Shown piece after piece: positions 52,501-63,733 of a stretch of 63,733 nucleotides of DNA. Each line of letters starts with the position of its first letter. The first letter of the stretch is position 1. The stretch is from Stylophora pistillata (lineage: Eukaryota): assembly GCF_002571385.2 (NCBI RefSeq), contig NW_019218077.1, positions 280,139-343,871 of the forward strand, given 5' to 3'. Below the pieces are notes generated by a model. It did no database searches and was not told the origin of the DNA. It saw only the letters and a list, made by a program, of their open reading frames with translations. The position numbers were made by a program, and so were the translations under genes.

Positions 52501-53610
52501 AGGAAGGCCGATAACTTCTTTGAACTTTCCTGACGGCTGGGGTTAGATAAACATCCCTGAATCTCATGATTATTTTATATCACAGTGTATCTTCGTCTCA
52601 TCGCGATATTCCTTCCGCAAAAGAAGTTGGGGAATTACCTCATAAAAACAATCGGTCCATAGATGCGAAAGGCGATTGTCCAGCCGTGTGTATGTTTGTG
52701 GATCATACAAAAAATTAATGGCAGTTCTTACTTTTATTTTTTTTAGACTTTTATTTCTATTGTAACTAGAATCATTTTAGTGACTTACGAGATTATGCAG
52801 GTTTCTATAATTGACAGAGACATTCAGAATGGAAATTTATCGGTTTGGTGACGAATGTCTGAGGAGGTTATGATGTCACTTTCATGAGGCCAGAGTTGTT
52901 TACAGGATTTTTATTTTCCTTCAAAGTTCTCAATTTCATGAATGAATTTCATGAATTTGCGTCATTTTCAGAGAAGATACCCTCTTCTCTTTGTTCTTCC
53001 CAAAGTGGAACCCAGACGAATAACAAGACCTATAAGCAAAAGCTGTCCATACTCAAACAATACGCGCGCGTGCGAAAACTGATGTTTCACTGAGTTGCGT
53101 CACTAGCAGCGGGAATTTTTCTGTGGCTTGCTCTTTAATGATCTGGACGGTGACACTTTGCTATCCATATCGTGGCTCAATTTGCAGCAACAACATAAAC
53201 TGGGAATTGTTACTTCCAAAACTGTATATGTTATTCAGCAGGCAGCGTGAGGTCCCTGTATGGGAAAAATTTGAGCCCAAGGTCTTGAGTACTGTCCAAG
53301 GCCGAAGGTCATATTTAAGACCAAGGGCACAGTTTTTTTGCCCAAACGTATCGACCTAGACCGGTAAATAACTTATTATTATGTGACCATTGTTGTAAAA
53401 GCTGGAACGGTTTCGAACGGCATCAGCCAATCGGATTCGAGGATTTAAGATTCCAGTCCGCTGAGATTGTTCAAGAAAAAGTAGGTCCTTCTTTGTTTGG
53501 AAATTTACATATTAATAAGTTGCACTCGAAACGATTTTCTCGGCGGTGCATGAGGTAACATATGACGTTTGTCCTTGGAAGCCTCCTATTGTCTTAAAAA
53601 TGACATGTTA

Positions 53611-53949
53611 GGCCCAGTTCAGACGTCGTGCTTCTACCGTGTTGAGCTCAATTCCGAATTCAAGTTCGACAAAAGCATGAAAGTAGCACGGCGTCTAAAT
53701 TGAAATTCTTAAGTTCGACAAGCAATAAGTTCGACAAGCTCTTCCGTGGTACACGACTCTGGTGCGATTCAAACTTCGTGCCTCTCCCGAGCCAACTGTG
53801 TTTTGATGGGATTGCGTTCTCGCGGGAAGTTACCAGAATGAATTGTTACCTTGCTTCGATAAACCCTGAATTCTTTACGACTCTAACCCGTGCGGTGCTT
53901 AAGTCGAACCTAATTGCCATGAAGTTCAGCATGACAGAAGTACGACGTG
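53611..53949. mobile_element. Decayed MITE (Harbinger-like)
   Basis: TTA followed by GGCCCAGTTCAGACGTCGTGCTTCT; inverted match AGAAGTACGACGT near 53936-53948; internal AAGTTCGAC repeats. Confidence 0.5.
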
Positions 53950-55362
53950 CATCTGTCTTTATGAACAAATACGACTTCAAAAATAACAAATTCATCAAGG
54001 AGAAAAATATTTCCCAGGGTATAGATTACTTGACAACCGTGACACACGTCAAAGAAAATAAGCGATGAAATTTTTATCGAAGGGGTAAACTTGCAAGTGT
54101 TCCAACACTGTTTTCTGGCGTTTGTTTGAGAACATGCGGTGACTAAATTTCGTTTTCAAGCTGTTCTATGCAAACTCAAGTATGTATTGATAGTTTTCAT
54201 TTTGGGCAAAAAGTATGTTTGGCATTTTCCNATTTTCCGCGAACGAACCTTATTTGTTATGGATGTATGAATATGAAAGTGAGAAACAGCAGATACGTGA
54301 TTAGTGCGTTTTTGAAGAAGAAAACTAAATCATAGAAACACTTTGAATACGACATTTTCAATAATAAGCAATTACATTTCCGTATGCCAAATGATGACGT
54401 TCAACTAATGCCAAAAAAAAAAACAAGGCGCCCACTCAAATGAACAACAGACCGTTTGTGAAAACACATCAATCTCGACCATCCTTCGCCATTCGCGTTC
54501 CTTTTCAGTTTTAATTCTTTCCATTTTAAAAATTTTGCTCTGATATCAAGCATATCTTTTAAGGTTCCCTTTAGATAAAAAATGTTTGGCGTGTCTCACA
54601 GAAACTAATGAAAAAATATTGTAAGATGCAGTTGATTAATAGTCAATGGATCGCTTTACTCTTTCATAATCATGTTTAATTGGCTGCTTGATAATCAAGT
54701 TCAGTTAACCGGGAAATAATCAATGCTTACCTTGATGAATTTTATTCACTGTATTGCCTTACATGAGCTAAAACAGGAACAGATATGAAGTGTTTGTTCC
54801 TATTGGATAAATGCCTCAGCCATTACATAATCTTGATTCTATTGTTTAGCACACCCTTAACCGCAGTCACGTGATTATCCATATATCCATCTTTGTACAT
54901 TAAGTTCATCAGTATTCTAATGAAGCAGTTGTGTTGAGCACTTGGTCTGTACACGCGCTACTCTATAGTGGTATAACGAACCTTAATACACAACAGGTTA
55001 CATCTTCTTAAATATCTAATTAATCAGCAGTATTTAGGCTCCGCGGTGCGGATCACTCACTCATAACTATGTCAAAGCTTTTCATCAGATACGTGGGTCA
55101 TGCGGTCAAATTTCAAAACAGTACGGACTAACTAGACTAAAAAAAATTGTGCTGGATGTTTTAAATGAGCGAAAAACAGCAGCTGATTTGCAAACACGAC
55201 TAATACAGCTTACAGTTTAGAAAAATACAATGTTCACGAAATTTTTAGCCCTAGGCAAAAATTACAATGTTTAGTGAAAAAAAAAAATACCCGAGCCATT
55301 AAGAATGGTGTTGTATAACAAGCGTTACTTTCGGTGGAAGTTTTTATCCAGAACGGTTAGGA

Positions 55363-56795
55363 TTAGTGACCAGACAGGACGTGCGCTAACAACACAGGCA
55401 GTAAGAAGGACAGATACGTGAAGAACAATCCTATTGCGTCTCCTTTAGGCTTTGTATTCTCTGGCGGTTTCACAGTAGTCCGCTGTACTTCTTTACCTGT
55501 TCCGGTACTCTGGCAACTGCCTCCCTCACAATCGCGTTTACACTCACTTCCGTTGCACTCCAACAAACAATTTCCACCAGGACAGGACATAATGCACATG
55601 TCTGAGCCCGTCTCACAATGCATGTTACAGTATCCTTCAGTGCAGGTCTGATGACACTCCTTTGCCTTACATCTCATGTTGGTGCAGTTTTTTTCGCAGA
55701 CCTGGCTGCAGTCACCTTGGTCAGCAGTGCACTAGAAATGAGCGCATTTGCCTCCCTAGCAATCACTTTTGCACTTTTTCGCTTTGCACTTGATATCGCA
55801 GGCTCCTTTTGCACAGGTTTGTTGACAAATTTCAGAATCGCTGTTCATGCAATCCAAGTTGCAGTTGCCTCCGATGCAGTTGCTTTCACACTTTGAAGCT
55901 TCGCACTGCATTTTGCAAGGCCCCTTACAATTCTGTGTACAGTCCTTGGTGCCTATGAGACATCAAAATTGAAATTTGTTAAATTTTAGTTTGTTCCCAG
56001 ATATCCCTTTCGGATGCACTAAAATCTGAACTATGGGGAGAACTAACAGCAAGTTAAGTTCTTCACTAAGTTTGCATGCGACGAGCGGAATGTTTACTCC
56101 CAGGATCAGCGATGTCAAAAGCCACCTCTACTCATTTGTGGCTCTCTTATTTCTTTTCCGTTTTACCATTTTTTTCTTGTTTCTCAGAATTGATATTGCG
56201 TAAGTGGCATAGATTGAGGGTTTTATGTCATTCAACAAATCTGCGCAAGTGTCTTTAATATAAAGAGTTACCCAACGATTAAGGACATACCTTTGGAGCA
56301 CCCCAGCCCACATCTCTCCCCGTCGCAGCTTTGCCTACAGCTTTTAGCCTCACACTTCACATCTGAGCAATTCTCGGCGCAATTTTGGACAACTGTGCCT
56401 GCACTGCTGGCGAGTAAACCACAGTGTCCCTTCTCGCAGTGCTGATTACACTTTGATGTTACAGTGCAGTTCACCAGAGAGCAGTTTCCAAGGCATGTCT
56501 GAGTGCAATCGTCGCCGGAACATTCAATTGAATCACACTTTCCTGACAGGCACCGCTGATAGCAGCTGGAAGAGTTGCAGCTGATATTGGAGCAGGGTTC
56601 CACAACGCAAACCTGGTCACACTGAGAATAGCCCGCAGTATTCCCGCACTGGAGGTCACACTTTCCTGTCAGGCAGATTTGGGATCGGGTCGAATTCGAT
56701 ATCTGTTCGCAGGAACCCGCTTGTCCACTGATGAGTTGGAATCCGGCAAACAGGATCAGAATTAGCAATGCTGATTGCGAGCTTATATTCATCAT
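55363..56795 (-). CDS. Secreted cysteine-repeat protein with GPI-anchor-like C-terminus. Exons 56795-56291, 55952-55363; two in-frame TAG codons (55758-55756, 55734-55732): nonsense allele, young pseudogene or readthrough gene
   Basis: Signal peptide MMNISSQSALLILILFAGFQLISG; about 57 Cys in repeating CxQxC-xxGxC-xxxC-xxxx units; phase-1 GT-AG intron; Thr/Pro/Lys stalk then hydrophobic GDAIGLFFTYLSFLLPVLLAHVL. No frameshift over 364 codons. Confidence 0.85.
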
Positions 56796-58240
56796 GCACG
56801 AGAAAGGTCAAGACTACTTGATCTGGTAACACAAAAAAACAAATGAATTAAAAATCAATTGTGAGAAAATCGATTCGCACAATATTCGATTTTGCTATCC
56901 AAACAAATATGTCGGCCCACTCGCATTTATGCTTCTTTCTTACCTACTTTCTTTCTTTTTTCTTTCTTTTTTTTATCTCTCAAGACCTATCATTTACATA
57001 AACTTGTTTACGTACATACACTAAAAGACGAAAAACAAAGCCTACCGAAATATGATGGACAACCTACTTTGAGATGATCTTTCCTTTTTGTAGTCTTTTA
57101 AGACTTTCGCGTGATTTCCCTAAAGCAATCTAAAACAATAATTATCTGATAACCGTGTGATAATTTCACTGCGAAATAATCCCATGAACACCATCGTAGT
57201 CAGAAACAACTTTAATTCACAGGAAAGGTCGCTATTCATCTGCTGTCTCCTAGGAAGTCTGATATTGACGAAGTTTATGAAGTACCTATTGTTTGAATTT
57301 GCATTATCTGTAAAAACATCATCCGAAATGCTTTAGATAAGCTTGATTGTTTGTTGCCATGAACTGTTCTCGATCTGCAGTGCTCATTTTGATATGGTGC
57401 AAAAATGTTTAGGGTGAAGGAATTGTTTGATCACTGTTCCCACGAATATAACACCCTGCTCACAGAAAGTTGTGCAAAGGCCAATCCAGAGTATTTGCAT
57501 AAAGTTGTTTACATACAGACGCCAACGCAGACAGAAAAAAAAAGCTAACTCTTCATTTTCAAACTACGGCTGGTGGATTTTCAAACATCGGCACTTTTCA
57601 TTTTTGTAATTTTGTAATTCTCTTCATTGGTCAGATGGACTGTGCATAATCTGCGTTGCAGGTAAAAAAAAGGCCGCGGAGCAGAATTCAAAGAATTTTT
57701 CGATAGCATGGTTGAGGAGACAAATTGTTTTCGGGACATAGTTTACAAAGAGCTGGCAGGTTAACATTGATAATAAATCCTATAGTAACGTTTGTTGCTG
57801 ATGCAGGGTCTGAACAGGGTGTAATATTGAAACATTGCATTGTGAGTTTGCCGGAGACTCAAGTTAAAATCAAAGAGAAAGTTTCGTCTCTGCAGCTGGC
57901 ATGACTTGCGTGATGGGTTTCTTAAAAAAAAATCTTTTCAAAGCCGGCTTTACGGTTCATCTTTTATCAGAGACGTCTCTTGAATTTCAGTCTTGTCAGT
58001 ACGACTCTAGTACGCCTGAGAAACAAAATTATCTTCAAAATCTGAACTTTTAGTGCAAAATAAAGCAACTTGAAAGATTTTCCAGTCTTTCTGTCAAGAC
58101 CACTGGGGCTGTTATTCCTTGCTCAATTAGTCTGATCAGTTTCGCTTTCGAATTCCTGAGAATCTAATTAAGAGCTGCCACGAAAGCACTTTTTAGTTTC
58201 ACGGGGTATAGTGATGTATATGATCATTTCCCTCTTGAAA

Positions 58241-58288
58241 TCGTATAATTCCCAGAGGAAAACTTGTTTTCCTCTGGGAATTATACGA
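58241..58288. repeat. Perfect 23-bp inverted repeat, 2-nt spacer
   Basis: TCGTATAATTCCCAGAGGAAAAC-TT-GTTTTCCTCTGGGAATTATACGA. Confidence 0.95.
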
Positions 58289-59719
58289 AGAAAAAGTCTA
58301 ACAGAAGGAACTGCGTAACGAGGGGATATCCAAAACGATCGCATCGAAAGTGTGCCACCGGCGACACTTAGATTTTATTTAGGGTCCATACTCAACAAGT
58401 TCCGCTTAGGTTACGCTCAGTTTAGGCCACTTTACTCGGAGTCATGGTCAGCCGTGTTTGATCTGCTTTGTCTCTCGAAAGTGCATACTTCGCAATGGAA
58501 ATTAAAGGTTGCAGTAAAACGCATAGAGATGAATTCGGCGATAGTAAACTTCGAAGGCATGCGTTTTCGTCGCATTGACCGGCCGCGGTCGTTCATCACT
58601 AAACACATTCGGTACTCCGCGCGGGCAAAACCACCACTTATCGCCATAGTTCCTCTCAAGAATGACAAATGAAGCACAGAAGCAGTGTTAATGTAAGAAT
58701 ACCGTCTCTGATTTGATGGCTAAATACAAAAGTTTGGAGTCAGTCAAATTAATCTATAAATGCATGCTTCCTCATGGACTACACGGTGAACTGCTTTCAG
58801 TTTTGATGTTTCGGCTAAATTTTTCAGCTTTATGTTCGCTATAAACTCACCTGTAGTTTTGTCGGTACGGAAACTTAGATCTGTAAATCTGTACCCTCAA
58901 GGAAGCTGCTTAGTACACCGTGCCACCAACTATGAAAGCTTTGACACTGTACAACAGACTAATATAGGCGCGTAATTCCATTGGATCAGTCAGAAAGTAA
59001 AAATAGCTCAATGGTTTTGACAGGATGTTTTTCACTTGGGGGCCCCCCCCTACATGTGACCAAGGAAGGTCACTACATCAATCTTGCCAGAAGTGTAATT
59101 TTAATATTTGCTCTTGAAAATTAGCGCACTCAAAAACCAAGGAAGAGAAAGAGGAAGTAAGAAGAGTGGTTCAAACAAAGTTGAGAACACACTCTTCCGC
59201 TCTGACTAAGGGTTAACGCTCAAATATCAGCTTTAAGAGCCGGCTCTTTAGAAACTTAGCCTCAAGAACACATCCGTTTGTGTCTGATTTCTAATCGTCA
59301 TATCATTTAAACCGAGGAAAGATGGCGGGTACAACCTCACGTCTACATCAGTTTGCAAAACTCTTAAGATTAATCTCGAAGTTTGCTTCAAACATGACAG
59401 TTCTTGTTATTGAACAAACAATAGAAGTCCCTTATCTGATGGGTCGGTCGATACGAAATTTCCATAAAGTATTGTCTTGTTCTGGTTGTAGCTAATTAGA
59501 ATAAAAATCACTCTGACCTCGCAAAACAATGCACTTTCCGGATCAGTGGATGCAGAGTTTTCAACTCTAGACAAATTCCAAACTTACAAGGGGAAGCGGG
59601 GGGGAGTAACTAGTCAAGTACAAATATACATCATTTATTGGTGCTTGTTTCCTAACGTCAACAGGATTTCTTCTATGTTTTAATTAAGGGTTAATTCCAG
59701 CAAAACAACTGCCCTCATC

Positions 59720-62700
59720 TCAAAACAAATCTGCCATTCCTTCCTCCAAGAAGTGCTTGTAAATACTCATAAACTTCGCCACAAAAGCCTCCAGGTGATA
59801 AATGGCTTTATTTCCCTGGTGAATGCGGTGTTCATAAAGGGCAGCCATGTCTGTTACTTCTGCTTTTAAACTGCCATCACAGTTAGTCACTAATTCTTTA
59901 ATCAGACCCTACAAAACCAACGAATAATTAAGTTAGTGTGTCTGCATAAAATATCAAGATGTTTGAAATTTGAAGACTTACTAGGCAGAGGAGAAAATTT
60001 ACTGCAATATGCAAACCTGCATTTTTTTTTCAACAATTTTGACCATGAGAAATAACATGAGAAAGAGGTATGAAACAGCCCCTTCTGGGAATAGAATAAT
60101 TATTGTCTTACCTTAAATATTACATCAGGAGGAATGCAGTGGGTCAAGAGTTCATAAAGTCTACCTCTTATCTCTAACAACCTAAATATATAAAGGCAAA
60201 AAGTTGAAAATAAAAAAACACAAAATATAGGTTATTTGTTCCAATGAAGGCCTAACTCTCCAAAATGTGACCAGACTAACAATTGTGCATGACATTGCAA
60301 TATTTTTTGTTATAATTTTAGAATTACATCTTCAGAAACTATTTCCTATGATAACCAAATTATCATACACAAAGGATTTGCATCATAAATTTCCTTTAGA
60401 ATGATCACACCTAACTTCCAAAATTTTAGAGAATTTCCTGCTATTGTTCGATTCCTTATAAAAGAAGTACAGTTAGTTAGTTTAACTCAGTAGTTCAGAG
60501 TGTCCAGACCAGCACTTACTAGCTCAGAACCTCTTGGTCACAGAAAAAGTAACTCCAGTACATGTAACCTCAAGGTAGTGACCTATTCTACTGAGGATTT
60601 GGTATGTCACATTTGACCTATTATTGCATGTCTTACAGTTTGAGTTCAAGAATAATATGCTTCATGTGTACTTATCTCAATCCAATTGTTTAGTCTTTGC
60701 TTGAGTCCTTATATTAGTTGATTCATGTTCAAAATGTGTCAAGATTGCATTCAGCTTTCAGAACCTTGCATTTATCTGTATACTTGACTTAAAGTTCATT
60801 GGTGAAATCAGATATCTCACTACAGTCTTCATTCTTTAGTCCATCAGTAATGACAGATGTTGTCCTGTCACTGAATGAGATTCTACCAGTCTTCCTAGTT
60901 TTAAGTCCAAGGAAAATATGAAATTGTGATTGAAATAATTCAGTCTGAGATTGTGTACGATCAGGAATTGAGGAAGATGATTAGAGACTAGATTACCACT
61001 GATGGCATTCATAGCATGACTATTTGCAAATATATTATCAATGAAGGTTGCTGATCTTTAAGTAATACGTGTTGATTGTGAGATGCAAGGTACAAGAGAA
61101 AAGGAGTTTAGCATTAGCAAGAAATCATTGGACTCAGGATGACTTTCACAATTGAATAAGTTTATATGAAAATCACCCATAATGAAGAGGGACTTATTTA
61201 CCCTAGTTAGCCGAGATAAAGTTGACTCGAGATGTTCTCTGAACCTTAGGGGTAGTGTTCTGTCATGCAATGCTTTAAAATTGTCTTGTTAGTGCCTTGC
61301 TATTGTATGACAATCGATTGTATTTTTTACTAATTGTTTTATTTCATTATTTTAAATTATTGATTTGTTATTTGTCATTTATTATTTCTTTTAGCTTGCA
61401 ATCACCCTTTCTTTTTATCAGTATTATTTCTTTTGTACTTTCCTGTATAAATAAATTTTATTGTGGCTATAAGTCTGTCTCATTGTTCAAATAACAACAC
61501 CAGAACCTGCCTCAGTCACAAAAATATCAGCTTTAGTGGCCAATTAACATTATCAACTCAGTTGATAAAACAAGTCATCTTGTGATACCCCCTGCACCCC
61601 CACCCATGCAGCACCAGTTTCCTTAGAAACTTACCCCCCCTTCCTTGATTAAAAATTCAGATTAACCTTGTATCTAGTGCTGAGGATAATGGGGCTAGAT
61701 TTAGCATGAGAGACATGTGCTATTGTAGCTTGTTCATGATGGAACATTGTTTGATAACTTCCAGGAAATATGCACATGCAATAGTACTTTTTTCAGTATC
61801 TTGTCTGGTAGAATTAAATCAATTCAATGGCAGATATCTATCAAACAGGCCTGGACCTCAATGCAAGTTGTGACCTCACCTTTTAGGTGTTTGTTGCTCA
61901 ACAATCTGCTGTGCTGTGTCCCTCAAATACACTTCCCAGTCTGCCTCTTGCACAGGTTGATCAGGTGAAAAAGGGTATCTACAAATATTTTTACAATGTA
62001 AAATGTTAATGAAAGGAAAAGATAGCATGTGAGATTAAAATTGCATAGCTTTCAGTAACTATCACAGTTCCTGCAGCATAAAGAAGTTATGAGTGTTGCT
62101 ACTCCCCTTAAGAGCTAAAAGGTTAAGACTATCAGGGTTCAACATTAACTTTTCAACTTACTAGCCAAGTGGCCAGTGACATCTTAGATGTTTTTAGATG
62201 TTACTACAGTTTCAGTTTGTTTACTTGCCAAACTGGCTAGTGGAAATTGAAAACCACTAGCTAAAACTGAATTTCTACTAGTCTGTGGCTAGTGGGCTAC
62301 CGTTAGTGTCGAGCCCTGACTACTGTGCAAAAGATAGTCAGCTCTTATTCATTAATGTTAATACTACATTTTTAAGTGAGGTGCTTACTGTTGAACTCTG
62401 CATGCTTCACACATCAGCAGGGCCCTGCGTAAATTTCTATTCGACTTCTCAGCTATTCGCTTGGAAAGTTCTGCAGGAATGGTCAGGCCCTCCTTTTTAC
62501 AAACATTGTGCAACATTTGACAAATCTGGAATAGTACCAGAAAACAAAACTTTAGCATTAAAGTAAATCTGAATCTGTTAGCTAGCATTTAACTAGTTAA
62601 CATAAAAACCTGTTAAATTTTACACTGCTTCCTCAACACATCTCTTAAATAATCAACATGTGTTTCTAGACTAAATATTACTTCTCACAAACTTTGTATA

Positions 62701-63221
62701 GATACAAAATACTAAACAGTTCTACTAGGCAATGTGTAATACCCATCTATGACACCCATTGTTAGAAATTCTATTGTGACACTACAAAAGGGAAAGTTAC
62801 CTTGTCTTTACACAAACATTTTACAAGTTTTGTTTTGCTATCAAAAATGAGATTATCTGGATTGTTCTGATAAAGTAGGGAAACTTCCCGAAATCTCCTA
62901 TCTGTCAAGACATTTTTCTACCAAATTGGAAATTGGAAATCTTGTCAAATGTGTAGTTGTTTTAAGTTTAAGCATCCATAAAAAGAGATGTTTTCAATAC
63001 CAAAAATACATTAACTCTAATAAATACTTAATAGCAAACCTCATCCACAGATGGAGCTGCAACCCTGACTCCCAAACAACGACTGCGAATTGCAGGAATA
63101 ACTTTACTTGTTGAATTACAACACAGAATAAGTCTGCATGTTGCTGTGTACTTTTCCATTGTTCTGCGCAGGGAATGCTGTGCATCTTTCGTGAGCCTGT
63201 CTACCTCTGTTAAGACTACCA
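59720..63221 (-). CDS. RFC3: Replication factor C subunit 3 (5'-partial). Exons 63221-63040, 62525-62389, 61978-61880, 60181-60112, 59908-59720
   Basis: [79 protein letters not shown]...[16 protein letters not shown]. All junctions are GT-AG and in frame. Confidence 0.97.
60780..61240 (-). mobile_element. LINE endonuclease fragment in RFC3 intron
   Basis: [10 protein letters not shown]...[16 protein letters not shown], typical of APE domains of L2/CR1-group elements. Confidence 0.75.
61525..61640 (+). mobile_element. Penelope pLTR remnant
   Basis: TCAGCTTT...GTGGCCAATT...TCAACTCAGTTGATA...CAGTTTCCTTAGAAACT resembles the 3' arm at 44374-44490. Confidence 0.6.
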
Positions 63222-63311
63222 CTGTAAATAGATTTAGATTTAAGAATTTGCATGTCATATTGTTTAATCCTAGGAAACAAAGCTACCTCATGGGGACTGT
63301 AAGTGATAAAA

Positions 63312-63348
63312 CAGTCACCAGACAGAAAAATTTTCTGTCTGGTGACTG
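63312..63348. repeat. Perfect 18-bp inverted repeat, 1-nt spacer, in RFC3 intron
   Basis: CAGTCACCAGACAGAAAA-A-TTTTCTGTCTGGTGACTG. Confidence 0.9.
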
Positions 63349-63733
63349 AAAAGTTAGATGATGTGACATATGGCTTCCAACATGTCTCACTGCACCCAAC
63401 TCAGAGACACAGGATCTCAAGGCTCAGTATACAGACAGCCAAAAAAGAAGGCGCATATTACTACCAAAATGAACAAGATGGTGTTAATAATATTTCAACA
63501 AAATGTTTATCTTACTCTATTATTAGAAAAAATGTAATACGAACCTAAACACAAGTTGTTACTTTTAACCCTTTATACCATAGACATTAGATAGATAGAC
63601 ATTTATTAAGAAGAATACCTTAATAGCAGCTGGAAGCTGAATTGCAAAGGTGTACAAATTATGTAATAGAACTATACAATAAAATCAAACCTAAAAGGGA
63701 ACTAATTTACATATACAATTGTAATAAATGTTA

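Noticed and set aside
59195-59235. Additional hammerhead ribozyme
   Set aside because: Penelope-derived but the core is broken (CTGACTA, no GAAA); likely inactive.

Overview
AT-rich, intron-containing animal genomic DNA with three N gaps. The repeat families suggest a cnidarian, probably a stony coral (inference only). Genes in order, with exon chains spliced by hand from GT/AG boundaries: 3' part of AIFM1 (+); a Mieap/SPATA18-like gene (+) with a coding (STPHPG)n repeat; GLOD5 (-) head-to-head with EMC7 (+); a FERM-domain gene (-); a neurocalcin-type calcium sensor (+); a convergent pair of unusual Sprouty-domain paralogs (one pseudogene, one intact) separated by a decayed CR1/L2-type LINE; a secreted, GPI-signal-bearing cysteine-repeat gene (-) with two in-frame TAG codons; and the 3' part of RFC3 (-). 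Mobile DNA includes two inverted-arm Penelope-like insertions carrying minimal hammerhead-ribozyme motifs, a PIF/Harbinger element with a nested SINE, several tRNA-derived SINEs and MITE-like palindromes. The strongest leads are the TAG-interrupted Cys-repeat surface protein, the truncated Sprouty subfamily sharing a YFAYLG motif, and the intronic ribozyme-bearing Penelope hairpins. No database searches were run; family assignments rest on recalled motifs.
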